A stretch of DNA of 64,000 nt from Octopus bimaculoides (GCF_001194135.2 NC_068989.1:14604927-14668926), one strand, 5' to 3'. Numbered from the stretch's first letter, positions 26,189 through 38,936 are shown. The notes: generated by a model from the letters alone, not told the origin. Made by a program: numbers and translations.

Positions 26189-26719
26189 TAATGGAGAAAG
26201 GATCTGGGAACATACATGGTTTCTTCAGGTAACAACCTTGCAAGCACCAACTCTAAGAATGCAGCACAAAAGATATTTCTCTCTCTTCATTACACCTACA
26301 CCATATTGACTGACAAAATATAATTGGTCAGTTTATTGGTGAAACAAGCATTACAAGAAGTATTTCTTTTTGTCCCTATAATTCATCACATGTGATGAAT
26401 TGTAGGGACAAGATTCTTTCTTTCTCTCTTTCCCTCTCTCATCACAAGACAGATTGGTATTTTTGAATATAGGAATAAAGGTTTTTGAAAACATTTAACA
26501 TCGTTATAGCTTCACCAGTTCTGTAAACTAGCTGTGGTTGATGAATTTGAAGTGAGATTATCTGTTCTGTAAGCAGTTAATCTTAGGCACAGACTTTACA
26601 CAGAACCCAAAATCCGTATTTTTTTGCAACTGTATGCCTTTACAAAACCGTTAGAAGACCCCCAACTACATGTGTAGGTAGTTGGTATTTCAAAAAATGT
26701 ATTGTAAACACAAGTGTTT

Positions 26720-26950
26720 GCAGACCCAGCAAACATGCTATGTTAGTCCTCAGGCACTCCTCTGTAGGGTCCTATCAGAAGCAACCCTCATTAGACTTTA
26801 CAGCTGGATTCCCAAGCATGACCAAATCAGCTTGTGGATATTATCCAACCATCTCATTCTTAGTCTACTCTTAGGTCTCTGCAGGTTGATTCACCTTGAA
26901 GAATCCTTCTTGCAATTCTTTTCTATAGTATTTTCTGACCACATGTTTGT
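26720..26950 (-). mobile_element. Degenerate RTE-type LINE C-terminal fragment
   Basis: Minus-strand translation (R)MRWLDNIHKLIWSCLGIQ..VASDRT resembles the RTE RPRTRWLD...LGI...VASDR motif. Confidence 0.5.
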
Positions 26951-26989
26951 GGTACTGGAACTGTGACCCCTTCAATGAAATTTAAATTA

Positions 26990-27400
26990 CTGTAAATCCT
27001 CAAGTATAATTCGCACTTTTTCCCAAAATTTAAAGGTCAAAATTTCTCGTGCATACTATATACAAGGTTAAAAATGAAAAATATTTTCTAAGTGATAAAT
27101 ATGTAAAGGCAATTTACTTAATATTTATTTTTCACTGACGTTATTACTGTTATTTCTTTATTTTCTGCTAACAAAGTGCACAAAAAAGCTGCACGTTTGC
27201 ATTATGTTATATATACATTAATAATAAAGGATGTTACCGTATATACGTTTACAAACCAAGGACGTTATATAGACCTCCTTGACTCAAATTAGAGAAGGGG
27301 TGAGTATTATACACAAGGTTTAGGTGTTTTAGAGGTACAGCCCCCTAAAAATACCCTGCGTATTTATACTCAAGGGCAGACTATATTCGAGGATTTGCGG
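26990..27400. mobile_element. Tc1/pogo-type MITE
   Basis: TA|CTGTAAATCCTCAAGTATAA ... TATATTCGAGGATTTGCGG|TA imperfect TIRs with TA target. Confidence 0.65.
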
Positions 27401-28350
27401 TATATAAAATAAATTAAATTGTTCTCTTCAGAGACCAAATCTGAACAGGAGCTATTATTCCACTACAGGTTTATTTTATTTGTGAAACAACTCCTAATTT
27501 CATACTTTCAACAACTTCTTAATATAAGGATAATAGGTCAAAAAATTGTTTCTAAGTGACCGCCAACAGATTTTTCTGCCAGTGGACCTGTATAGGGATT
27601 TAAGATAGTAAAGGTCGATTGTCATAGTATGGTGAACCCAGCCTATGTTAGGTAATGCTTTAGAGTCCATTACTTTTGCTGTTTAACTGCCTGCTATCAT
27701 TTTATTTTTCCTTTCTACATCTTTACTTGTTTAAACACCTGCCTTTTTTTTTAGCATAACTATACCTGCCTTGATTGCTTTTGCTGCTTAGCTAATTGAC
27801 TAAGGTAACAAAGACATGAACAGTCTCTCTCTCTCTTTCTCTCATTCTGTGATTAATCTAACTAGGCTGTTTGCTTTAATCCATCTAATCCTACCATATT
27901 AATATCGCTGGCTGAATAACTATGGCTTAACATGATAGTCTTTTTTATTTTTTTTAAAGCTTTTTTTGTATACTAATCAACCTTTGACATATCAGTAACC
28001 TTTGACCTTGCTAACAATTTGGTTCATCTTACTGACCATTGTCCACTTTCGGGCTGACAGTGGTTACACTCAATGTTCAGTCTGAAAAGTGATATCAATT
28101 CTACATCTGTTGGTTACCTACTCAAGGAACATCCACTAATTTATTGGTACATTTTAATTAACCAATTAACCCTGTTTTTGTTCTTTGTTTTTTTTTTGTT
28201 TTCTTTTCTATATTTCATTGTTGAGCAAATAAATGCTCCTTATTGTTTTTGTTTTTTTTAAATTTTCTTCTTTATTTTTCAGTTTTTCTTTCTTTCGATA
28301 AAATCTCTTTCCTTCATTATTATTATTATTATTATTATTATTAACCTTAT

Positions 28351-28753
28351 AGGAGTGGCTGTGTGGTAAGTAGCTTGCTTACCAACCACATGGTCCCGGG
28401 TTCAGTCCCACTGCGTGGCATCTTGGGCAAGTGCCTTCTACTATAGCCTCGGGCCGACCAATGCCTTGTGAGTGGATTTAGTAGACGGAAACTGAAAGAA
28501 GCCTGTCGTATATGTGTATATATATGTGTATGTGTGTGTGTGTGTTTGTATGTCTGTGTTTGTCCCCCCAACATCGCTTGACAACCGATGCTGGTGTGTT
28601 TATGTCCCCGTAACTTAGTGGTTCGGCAAAAGAGACCGATAGTATAAGTACTAGGCTTCCAAAGAATAAGTCCTGGGGTCGATTTCTTCGACTAAAGGCG
28701 GTGCTCCAGCATGGCCGCAGTCAAAGGACTGAAACAAGTAAAAGTGTAAAAGT
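28351..28753 (+). mobile_element. Full-length SINE family A
   Basis: GGAGTGGCTGTGTGGTAAG head, GGGTTCAGTCCC B-box, GTAAAAG tail. Confidence 0.9.
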
Positions 28754-29081
28754 GATATGTCCAGATCATGTATCACACATTATGGTTCGTGGTTCGTTAA
28801 CAGACAAACAGGTGGACAATTCTTGGTGGCCATACAAATAAACCATGTACAAGAATAATACACTTGGGTAGAAAGACCCTTGTTACCATTTCTGGCCACC
28901 AAGGACAATGGGTACTGAGATTAATTAAAAACTGCAAGCTTGTAGAACACTCTTCATTTATAGAGTGCACGTATTGCAGTTAGATCAGTACTTCCAAATA
29001 TTTTTCAGCCCGTGCCTCAGTCTAGTTTTCCAAATAAACCTGCACCCCACCGTGTATGTATATATATATATATATATATAT

Positions 29082-29358
29082 TGATAGGAAGGACAACAAA
29101 AGAAAGAGAGAGACCTCGATATTATGCAAATAGAGGAATTCATCTGTAAAAATATGTGACACTTATTCAGTAGCCATGATAAAACTCCGAGTTTCGGATG
29201 CCGGGGTGGGAACCCACGCCAACATCTCTTCAGTTATCCAGTCATTGAAAATTCCTGTGAAAAATGACCGTTAAACAAAAGGAAATTACTGTGTGGTGAC
29301 CGTCATTAAAACAAAAGAGTTAATAGACCACTAAGTAAGGTAAAGGTAAGGGCGTAGA
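29082..29358 (-). mobile_element. Penelope-like element fragment inserted in (TA)n, carrying a hammerhead motif
   Basis: CTGAAGA...GAAAC hammerhead core on the minus strand; Penelope-like pseudo-LTRs are known to carry such motifs. No coding homology seen. Confidence 0.5.
29178..29238 (-). ncRNA. Type I hammerhead ribozyme-like motif
   Basis: GAUAA-CUGAAGA-[GAUGUUGG..GUGG GUUC CCAC..CCGGCAUC]-C-GAAA-C(UCGGA)G-U-U-UUAUC: stem I 5 bp, long stem II, 2-bp stem III, GUU triplet. Confidence 0.6.
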
Positions 29359-30269
29359 TATATATATANNNNNNNNNNNNNNNNNNNNNNNNNNNNNNNN
29401 NNNNNNNNNNNNNNNNNNNNNNNNNNNNNNNNNNNNNNNNNNNNNNNNNNNNNNNNNNNNNNNNNNNNNNNNNNNNNNNNNNNNNNNNNNNNNNNNNNNN
29501 NNNNNNNNNNNNNNNNNNNNNNNNNNNNNNNNNNNNNNNNNNNNNNNNNNNNNNNNNNNNNNNNNNNNNNNNNNNNNNNNNNNNNNNNNNNNNNNNNNNN
29601 NNNNNNNNNNNNNNNNNNNNNNNNNNNNNNNNNNNNNNNNNNNNNNNNNNNNNNNNNNNNNNNNNNNNNNNNNNNNNNNNNNNNNNNNNNNNNNNNNTAT
29701 ATATAGTGTTATACTAAGAAGCAGTGCACAGTACCAGAATTTTTGACTCAAGTTAAATATAACAGACTACTCCAGATTGTCATTGGAGTATCCACATAAG
29801 TGGAGTCTGGACTGACTAGTTTGTACTGACACCAAGTCGTATTTTGAAATATTTTAACTGAAGAAGGTTTTACATAATGGATGTATTTCCTGTTATATAT
29901 TATACAGACCTGAAACATGCATATTAAATTATTTCAAAATATCGCTATTTGGTTTGACTTCATTATTACAACTTTTAGCCAGCCGCCAACACTTTTTTCT
30001 GCAAAATAGGGGTAGCTTATCCTGTTCAGGCTATATTATTAACATTATCCTGCATTTGAGAATTTAGAATCACTTCTTTAACTTTCTAAGACATCTCAAC
30101 GCTTCTAAAAGCAAAACTATATATTAATCTTTGTTTTTATGCTAAATTATGATAAAAAATAGTTTTGCATTAAACTGAAAGATTACACAATACAATTTGC
30201 AGAATACATATCTACATTTTTACAAGAGGGGTGGTGACAGTGATTTTGAAGTTTCAATCTGCTCACTTT

Positions 30270-30840
30270 CATCAGACTGTCTGATGGAAACTAGCCGGCC
30301 AAAACTTCAAAATCATTGATACATTCAAACAGAAAAAATAAAATAAGTACTCAGCAGTGGCCACAGCATTAACTCCTGACCGAGTGATTGAGCTTCTTTA
30401 TCTTAATGAGTACAAAGATTTCCAGTTCCTGAGGTGGTTGTTCAGGCCAAGAATGGGATAGAAAATTCGGGCACATTTATCGCTGGGAGAGTTGATGAAG
30501 GACCGGTCGGAGTCGCTCTTTGCGTCTTTGTCATCTGATCTCTACCGCTTGACATCTGTTATTTTCCATCAGGTCTGTTCCCTCGACGATTACATGCTGC
30601 CACTTTGGATGGTCTTTGGCAATTGTCTCCCAGGTATTTGGATCAATGAAGCAGCGGAGGAAAATGACCTTGATCTGGTCTCAGAAATGGAATTTGGGGG
30701 CTCTGTATGGTCTGGTGCTTGAGGCCAATTCCGCAAATGCGAGCTGACAAGGGAGGCACGTTTGGGGCATACATAGGCTGTGTCCCAACCAATGGCAGTG
30801 GTGTCATACCATGGTAGTTTCAATGGTGGGCAGTCCATAA
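30270..30840 (-). mobile_element. RTE-clade LINE 3' fragment (pseudogenised ORF C-terminus)
   Basis: Translation WLGHSLCMPQTCLPCQLAFAELASSTRPYRAPKFHF*DQIK...IDPNTWETIAKDHPKWQH...QRRKER...CDKCARIFYPILGLNNHLR matches the RTE RWLGH..GRPK.R.KD..WE..A.DR..W and C2H2-like tail; contains stops. Confidence 0.85.
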
Positions 30841-31612
30841 TAATTGGCTACACCTGCTGAAGGCAGTGCTCCAGCATGGTCAATATGACTAAAATTATTA
30901 AAAAAAAAAAACACACGGAGGGGAAAAAACATAGTCGTAGAAGCAAAAGCAGTAGTAACTCAATTCAAGCAAAACGATTCTTGGTCTTCAGGATGAGGAC
31001 AAAAACCTGGTTTTAGTTTAGCGTAGGGATTTACCATAGCTGGAGTGTTGATGTGAAACCCTGTCGGAAACTTTGCATCATTGCCTAAGGGAAGATGCAT
31101 CGGTCTATTTATGTAACTCTAATCCAGATACAAATTAGGTAACACCATATTGCATTACAGAGACTGTGGATACAATGGCGTCATATTTATGAAGTACCAT
31201 TTCTATGATTTCATGTAAGTGTCTTCATACAAAAACAGACACTGTGAACCCCGAAAAAGAACAAATTGCTGTAAAAATAATATTTATGCCTTTAGCATTT
31301 AAATTACTCAATCAAATATAGTTTCTCTATTTGTTCCCATTATTCATGAATCCTGCATTATCTCATATCTGATAGTGTGGTTCTTTATGTTTAGAATGAC
31401 AGTGTATGGTAAATATAAAAGGCCAGATCTGGCTATGTATGAAAATAAAACAGGAAGAATATTTTGACCAGATTTGGCTGGTTTAAATGCTAAAGGATTA
31501 TAAAATATGAAAATGAAAAAAAAAAATGGATTATTCAAATTTTCAATTTATAAATTTTATTCTTCAGAGAATGATATTTCTCATGCATTTTGTTTCACTT
31601 CTTTTCTTTTAG

Positions 31613-31755
31613 GGAACGAGTTATGAATACAACCAGTTTGGAAGCAACGATCCAACACCTAAAGCCGAATACAGTTTATGAGTTCCGAGTTCAAGCATAC
31701 AACTCTCATGGCCCTGGAAAGGCCGTTGTTATTGAAGTTGAATCTGAAGAAGAAG
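31613..31755 (+). CDS. DCC: DCC/neogenin exon: C-half of FN1 (RERVMNTTSLEATIQHLKPNTVYEFRVQAYNSHGPG...EEE)
   Basis: Poly-Y TTTTAG acceptor (phase 2), AAG|GTAAGT donor (phase 1); FN3 motif LKPxTxYxFRVxAYN; resembles DCC RERALNTT...LKPEAMYTFRVVAYN. Confidence 0.95.
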
Positions 31756-31904
31756 GTAAGTACCAACCAACCCTTAAACCCCTGGAACCATGAGTACTAA
31801 CTTTTCCTGCAGGGATCCAAAGACTGGAATGATTTTTACAAGATATCAAACAAAAATGAATTAGAGTTTTACTATTTATAATTCTAATATTAAAACTCTC
31901 TTAC

Positions 31905-32730
31905 TAGGGGGCGAGCTGGCAGAATTCGTAGCATTCTGGACGAAACGCTTAGAAGCATTTCATCTGTCTTTATGTCCAGAGTTCAAATTCTGCTGAGGTC
32001 ACCTTTGCCTTTCACCCTTTTGGGGTCAATAAAATAAGTACCAGGTGACTTATTCCCTCCCCCGCCAAAATTGCTGATCTTGTGCCAAAATTTGAAATCA
32101 GTATTAAAAACCTCTGAACTTTATTAGAGTACCAAACAATAAAAAAAAAATGTCTAGACAGGCTCAGGCATGGCCATGTGGTTAAGAAACTCGCTTTGTA
32201 ATCAAGTGCTTTCAAGTTCAGTCCCACTGAATGGCACCTTGGTCAAGTGTTTTCTACTATAGCCCCAAGCCAGCCAAAGCCTTGTGGTGGAAACTGTAGT
32301 GTCTGTTGCCCCTACCACTTGACAAGTGTTGGTTTGTTAACATCCCTGTAGCTTAGCAATTCTTCAAAAGAGATCAATAGAGTACCAGACTTAAGTCAGT
32401 ACTGGGGTCCATTTGATTAATTAAACCTTCAGTGTTGCAGTACCCTAGCATAGGTGCAGCCCCATGACGTCCCCGCTAAGTTACAGGGACGTAAACACAC
32501 CAGCATCGGTTGTCAAGCGATGTTGGAGGGACAAACACACACACACATACATACATATACATATTAATGACGGGCTTCTTTCAGTTTCCATCTACCAAAT
32601 CCATTCACAAGGTTTTGGTCGGCTCGAGGCTATAGTAGAAGACATTTGCCCAAGGTGCCACGCAGTGGGACTGAACCCGGAACCATGTGGTTGGTAAGCA
32701 AGTTACTTACCACACAGCCACTCCTACGTC
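31905..32730. mobile_element. SINE cluster: family B (+, about 31905-32105), diverged family A (+, 32161-32460), family A (-, 32464-32730)
   Basis: Homology to other copies in the window. Confidence 0.8.
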
Positions 32731-34255
32731 TAGGTTACTTTAAAACAAGAAATTTGTATCACAGAACCAAGGACAGTTTTTGGTAGGTTGGTATCAAAAT
32801 GGTTAAGTACACACACCTAGAATGCTCATCAAAACTTCTAGAGATCCATTCACCATTTTTATACTTTATTGTTACTCATCAGCACCATTTAATTTCCGTA
32901 TGCCATGCTGGTATGATTTGGACATTGATATTAAGGAATGCTGTCAAATCCCTTAATATTTAATGTAAACAATATGTTTACAAATATATATATCTTTCTC
33001 TACCAGAAAATTTAACAATAATCTTAAGACTGTGGATTAACTTTAATTCAAAGTTGAAATCTCATCTTAAAGCTTTCGATGTACAACAATAGACTAGACT
33101 GGTGTGAAATAATCCCATGTTATCAGTTTAGGAGAAAACATCAGTTGAACTTCACAAACTGTTACGATACACACACACACACACAATTACTTTCCATAAT
33201 CCTTAGTAGTTAATCCAAATACGAGCAGCAGATTATCCCAGATTAACAAATGGTCGGCCACTGCTCTTTGTTGTTGCTAACAAACAAAAAAATAAAAAGC
33301 AGATTTGATATGCAAAGCCAACATTCCAGCCAGAATAATCTTTGGTCTGGAATGTAAACTGACTGAAATTTGTTTTGATTTAGAATATCAGAATTGGGCA
33401 AGTTTCTTTTGTAGCCCTCTCAGCCCCATCACACACACACACACATTTGACATGACCTCAACTGTTAGACTTGACCTCATCATCTCAAATATACAGCCTT
33501 TCAAATGACAGTAGCAGGAGAGTACGACATGGAGATTTGGCTACGGCCTGTGAGCTGGCAAGATTAGTTGTCACTTGGTAGGCTGAGTGGCAATGTAGAA
33601 CACCCCCCCGCTCCCNNNNNNNNNNCGCTCCCCCCCCACCTCTTCTGTTTATTCTACAAAGATTGTATTAAATTCAATGAAAGCAGTAAAACATCATCTT
33701 AACCCTAATACACACTCACAAACACACACACACACACACATATATATATATTTGTATGACAGGCTTCTTTTAGTTTCTATCTATCAGGTCCACTCACAAG
33801 GCTTTGGTCAGCTCAGCACTGTAGTAGACTGTGCCCAAGGTACTTGTTTTCAGATTTTTATGATGCATTTGTTAATTTTAAGATTGACATTGCAGGATAG
33901 GTTTAAAATGCCAGATCTCGATGGTTTGAATATAAAATTGGTAGAATATTTGGACTGGATATGACCAGTTTTGAACGGTAATCGGGTTAATGCTACAAAA
34001 CCTGGAACTCTACCAAATCTGCCATTATAATAATTTCAGAAGTATACTTGCCAGACAGGTGATTTGATCTGAGACCATACATTGAAATTATAACAGTCAC
34101 AACATGATACATATTAGCCATTCAAAAACACGCAGAGACTGTTAACAACAAATAATAAATGTTTAAATGATAACAAGTTTTGTGTTTTTTTTTAATCATT
34201 AATATGTCTTCCATGCTGTAATTGCATTATAATAATGCTATGTTCTNNNNNNNNN

Positions 34256-34456
34256 NTGAGCTGTCAGAATCGTTTCAGCATTGAGAAAAAATGCTTAGTG
34301 GCATTTTTTCCTAATTGGACATTCTGAGTTCATTTTGCCTCTCATCCTTTTGGGGGTCAATAAGATAAATACCAGTTGGGCGCTGGGGTTGATGTTGTTG
34401 ACTTTCCATCACCGCTGAACTTGCTGGTCTTGTGCCAAAATTAGAAACCAATATTA

Positions 34457-34507
<51 letters not shown>

Positions 34508-34955
34508 GGTGGTGAGCTGGCAGAATCGTTAGCATGCCGGGCAAAATGCTCAGCGGTATTTTGTCCATCTTTACATTCTGAGTTCAAATTCCACCAAGAT
34601 CAACTTTGCTCTTTATCCTTTCGGGGTTGATAAATTAAGTACCAGTATAACACTGGGGTCGATGTAATCAACTAGTCCCCTCCCACAAAAATTTCAGGCC
34701 TTGTGCTTTTAATAGAAAGAATTATTATTATTATTATTATTAAGGTGGTGAGCTGGCAGAATTGTTAGCACACTGGGCAAAATGCTTAGCAGTATTTCAC
34801 CCATCTTTACATTCTGAGTTCAAATCCCGCCGAGGCTGATTTTGCCTTTTATCCTTTCAAGGTCGATAAATTAAGTACCAGTTGAGTACTGGGGTCAATG
34901 TAATCAACTAGTCCCCTCTCCCAAAATTTCAGGCCTTGTGCCTATAGTAGAAATG
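34256..34955 (+). mobile_element. Three head-to-tail family B SINEs separated by (ATT)n
   Basis: Repeated GGTGGTGAGCTGGCAGAAT heads at about 34256, 34508 and 34744. Confidence 0.9.
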
Positions 34956-35008
34956 TTTATTGTTATTTCTATTTTTAATTATTGTTTTAAATATTTCTCT
35001 TTGATTAG

Positions 35009-35346
35009 TGCGTGTGCCAAGTCCTCCACGAAATGCCATTGCTGAAGCAGTGTCCCCTACATCGATAAGGGTGAAATACGAACCACCAGAAGAGCCTAAC
35101 GGAAAGATTAAGTCCTATAAAATCATCTACTACGAAGTCGGAGCCAACAAAGAAGCCGCGATAGAAGTACGAGGCCTGGAGTACGTGTTGACAAACTTGA
35201 AACAGTTTCGTGACTACAGCTTCAGGGTAGAAGCTCACAATGAGAATGGTGCAGGGATGAGTACAGAGGAATTTGTTGCCAAAACCAAAGCAGATATTCC
35301 TTCTGATTCTCCGACAAACTTCACTCTGGAAGCAACAAGCTCAACG
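35009..35346 (+). CDS. DCC: DCC/neogenin exon: FN2 plus start of FN3 (VRVPSPPRN...LKQFRDYSFRVEAHNENGAG...DIPSDSPTNFTLEATSST)
   Basis: TTAG acceptor phase 1, ACG|GTAAAC donor phase 0; resembles DCC QVPGPVEN...LKKFTEYSLRFLAYN...DVPSAPP. Confidence 0.95.
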
Positions 35347-35708
35347 GTAAACTAGATAATCTCATCATCATAATCAGCATCATCATCATCATCTTCAGAA
35401 TGATACATACAATCACAAATATCACCACCACTACCACCATCAATGTTATCTTAAAGTCCACATCACCTCTGTTCATTCTGTATTTTATTTTTGTTTTATT
35501 TTCATAGGTCTTACATCTTTCTGTCTTTGTTTATCACCACAATCACTTCACAGTCTAAACAGGGCATGCTTTATCATGCCACTGGTTTACTGGTATTGGA
35601 GAAGCCCTATGTAAAAGGACTTCAATCCTTCCTACTTTGTGTCAATATTTTAGGGGCTTTTCTCTTTTTTTTTTTTTTTTTTTATTAATTCAGAGTACAC
35701 CTCTCTCA

Positions 35709-36020
35709 GTGGAGGCACATGGCCCATTGGTTAGAGCAGCAGACTCGTGGTCAAGGGATCACAAGTTCGAATCTCAGACCAGGCAATGTGTGTGTTTATG
35801 AGTAAAACACCTAAGCTCCACACAGCTCCGGTTGAAGGTAAAGGCGAACCTCTGCTGGCTCTTTCATCACAACTTTCTCTCACTCTTCCTCCTGCATCTA
35901 GCAGCTCACCTGCCACAGACCGGCGTCCCGTCTAGGTGGGGAACTATACACCAATGAAACTGGGAAACCGGCCTTTATGAGCCAGGCATGGCTCAAGAAG
36001 GAACAAACAACAACAACAAC
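35709..36020 (+). mobile_element. tRNA-derived SINE with V-domain-like core and (AAC)n tail
   Basis: GGAGGCACATGGCCCATTGGTTAGAG / AAGTTCGAATCT boxes; CCTGCCACAGACCGGCGTCCCGTCTAGG resembles the V-SINE CCTGCGATGGACTGGC.TCCCGTCCAGG motif (from recall, unverified). Confidence 0.7.
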
Positions 36021-36986
36021 ACTCCTCTCTTAGATATATAATCTTTACTACATCTTGTAGAGTTCATGTGTCCCACATTCGTTTTTTGTTTTCCTTCTTA
36101 AACATGGATTTTACAACTGGCTGCTTTCTTGTCCCAACTGCTTTACAGTATGGACTGAATACATTTTTCTCATGCCACCGGCACAAAAGGATTTTGTCTG
36201 TACTAGGACCAAAGGGTCCATCTACCTTGTATGAGTTTTTATGTAGGGTTTATATTTCCTTTTATTTAGTCGTTAATTTAATCTTACACATTTACGTATC
36301 TCCTGTTTTTCTACTACCAGAAGCTTAGATTCTGTTGATAGCAGTAAGATCCTATGCCATATGACTGTGGTTAACACATTCACTTCACAGCTAACAGGTT
36401 TTGAGTTCAATCCCACACTGTGACACCTACCCACAGTATGGGGTCAATGATGAAAGCCTTTAATAAAAATGGAATTTGGTTGAGGGAAATTGTGTGGAAG
36501 TCTGCTTATTTTGGGGTGTGAAGCTTAATCCATTCCTCAGTTTGATGCTAACATTGGGTCCATGGGAGACCTTAGACATTTTCACTCTGTTACAAAGCAC
36601 TCAGGAGGAACCAGGTCTCTGGTCTGAGAAGAACTTCCTTCATGGAAAGGATCTTGGTCGCTGCCCTTCCCTATTTGACTGAGTCATCAATGAAACTGGA
36701 CAAAGATTATCCAACTCTGCTTTGCCTGAAAAACTCAGAGTGGACTCTCCATCTTCAGACTGATCCCCATTTGTGACATTCACAAATAGCAATGAATGAT
36801 TATTCTAGGTTGTACTCATCTTCTTTACTATGAAATTCTGTACTTGTTGACCACTATGTAGCATTCCATAACACTTTGACATTTTTGTTGGAGTGAAACA
36901 TTCTTACACCTGTTCTTCTGGCTGAGTTGCAGGAACCATAGTGCAATCTTCATGTCTTAGGCACCACAACTGCTTAAATACCACAA

Positions 36987-37857
36987 ACATAGATCAGCTG
37001 AAAAGTTCATAGGCTGACCATGATACTCTCGTGGAATGTGGCCAAATGAGGTTTATTTTTCAATATAGTCTCCTTTGTAGTTCACACACTTCTTCCATAA
37101 GTCTTGCAGTCCTTCGATTTCTTTGGTGAAAAAGCTTTCATTCTGTTGGTTAAAGAAGTCATCAAAAACAGATATGACATCATCATCACTGTGACTCTGA
37201 TTCCTAGCAAATTGTTTTTTCACATTCATGAACAGGCGCAGGAGTGGCGGTGTGGTAAGTAGCTTGCTTACTAACCACATGGTTCTGGGTTCAGTCCCAC
37301 TGCGCAGCACCTTGGGCAAGTGTCTTCTACTATAGTCTTGGGCCGACCAAAGCCTTGTGAGTGGATTTGGTAGACGGAAACTAAAAGAAGCCCGTTGTAT
37401 ATATGTATGTATGTGTATGTGTGTGTATGTTTGTGTGTCTGTGTTTGTTCCCCCAACATCACTTGACAACTGATGCTGGTATGTTTACGTCCCTGTAACC
37501 TAGCGGTTCAGCAAAAGAGACCGATAGAATAAGTACTAGGCTTCCAAAGAATAAGTCCTGGGGTCGATTTGCTCGACTAAAGGCGGTGCTCCAGCATGGC
37601 CGCAGTCAAATGACTGAAACAAGTAAAAGAGTAAAGACATTATAGATAGATGTGGTCAGATCAAGAGAATTAGGACGGTGGTCAACCAGTTCAAAGCCAC
37701 AGTCATGCACAGCTTTCCTGAGCATTTGGTTTTGATAGCCTTTCATAACTGCCTCAGCAAATTGGCATAGTACTCTTCATTGATGGTATGACTCTTTTGA
37801 AGATAGTCAATAAACCCAATTCATTCTGCATCCCAAAAAACTGAGGCCAGCACCTTT
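36987..37857 (-). mobile_element. Mariner (DD34D) transposase relic interrupted by a family A SINE
   Basis: Minus strand: KVLASVFWDAE*IGFIDYLQKSHTINEEYYANLLRQL ... AVHDCGFELVDHRPNSLDL [SINE] LFMNVKKQ...FFTKEIEGLQDLWKKCVNYKGDYIEK; degenerate TIR CAGCTGAAAAGTTC near 36995. Confidence 0.85.
37235..37635 (+). mobile_element. Full-length SINE family A
   Basis: GGCGCAGGAGTGGCGGTGTGG head to GTAAAAGAGTAAA tail. Confidence 0.9.
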
Positions 37858-37978
37858 TATTATCCTTTCTAATTTTAAATAAGGGTTTGACACACTTCAA
37901 AGCTTTCTTTAACAAGGTCTTCAAAAGAATTTCTAGAAATCTTGTTTTTTTTAACATTTCAATTGTTTTTCTTAACAG

Positions 37979-38123
37979 AGCATCATAGTCCGTTGGGAAC
38001 CCCCGCCGAAAGATCACCAGAATGGTCCAATAGTCGGTTACAAGATACGCTTTAAAAAGAAAGGCAGCCGCCGCGGTAAAACTGTCACCACAGCAAGTAA
38101 TGTGAAGTTCCAACCACTGACTG
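37979..38123 (+). CDS. DCC: DCC/neogenin exon: FN3 middle (SIIVRWEPPPKDHQNGPIVGYKIRFKKKGSRRGKTVTTASNVKFQPLT)
   Basis: Not in the ORF track; my own translation. TTAACAG acceptor phase 0, CTG|GTAAGT donor phase 1; resembles DCC SIKVSWLPPP...QNGFITGYKIR. Confidence 0.95.
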
Positions 38124-38757
38124 GTAAGTAATGAAAATAAATTTCATCCATCAGAACAATTTTGATAATCAATGCCGACTTGTAAGGATATTTTGTATAT
38201 AGACATGGACTCAGGGGTGATTAACCCTTTCGTTACCATTTTTCTAACCAAAATACACCCCTTATGTGTTTCAATTAATTTCTAACATAATCGTAAATTT
38301 AGTCTGGTTTCATTAAACAACTCTTTTATCAACATATTAATGTGATTTTTGGAAGATAATTTAACGAAAGGTTCTCAACCAATTCTATACCATAAGTTTT
38401 GTCACAAAGTGACTCTAATTACAGGTAAATACAGATAAATTCAACAAAATTTAAAATTATTTGAATTTTTGTTCAAACATCGCTATAGAAAATGGGCTAT
38501 TAGCTAATATTCAATTGGGTATGCAACAAAATTTTACTATAGAAGAGTTGTGCACATTACTGGATTCATCAAGTGAATTTAAACGCACAAGAGACAGGTG
38601 TACCATAAAGGTATAAGTAAAACGAAAGACTGGAATTTGTCTGTGAAGAAAACTAGAAAACAAAATACACACACATCATCGACTAGATTCAATGTTCTGA
38701 AATCTTTCACAGCCTTGGAATTTTATCTCATTCTGTTAATTTATATATATATATATA

Positions 38758-38936
38758 CTGTTGTGTCTGGGGAGAGTCATTTTCTTTTCGTGCCTTAAAA
38801 TTTAACACACTCACCGTTAAAATTTCCACTTATTACTTATATTTTCCGAAAATTTTCGTTGCATCTTGCAACCTTTTCAAAAGGTGTGTTAAATTTTAAG
38901 GCACAATAAGAAAATGACTCTCCCCAGACACAACAG
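38758..38936. mobile_element. Short foldback MITE with about 53-bp TIRs
   Basis: CTGTTGTGTCTGGGGAGAGTCATTTTCTT..GTGCCTTAAAATTTAACACAC and its reverse complement at 38884-38936; left end abuts (TA)n. Confidence 0.7.

Larger units (their letters stand above)
464..29697. other. Assembly gaps (N runs): 464-1280, 3295-3982, 6274-6394, 12225-12582, 15771-16237, 20809-21211, 25777-26145, 29369-29697, plus several short runs further on
   Basis: Runs of n, almost all flanked by microsatellites or homopolymers. Confidence 0.98.

Noticed and set aside
33322-33362. Short hairpin CATTCCAG...CTGGAATG followed by TAAA, with a miR-1-like seed
   Set aside because: The stem is too short, and the would-be mature sequence is unpaired beyond 8 nt and diverges from miR-1.
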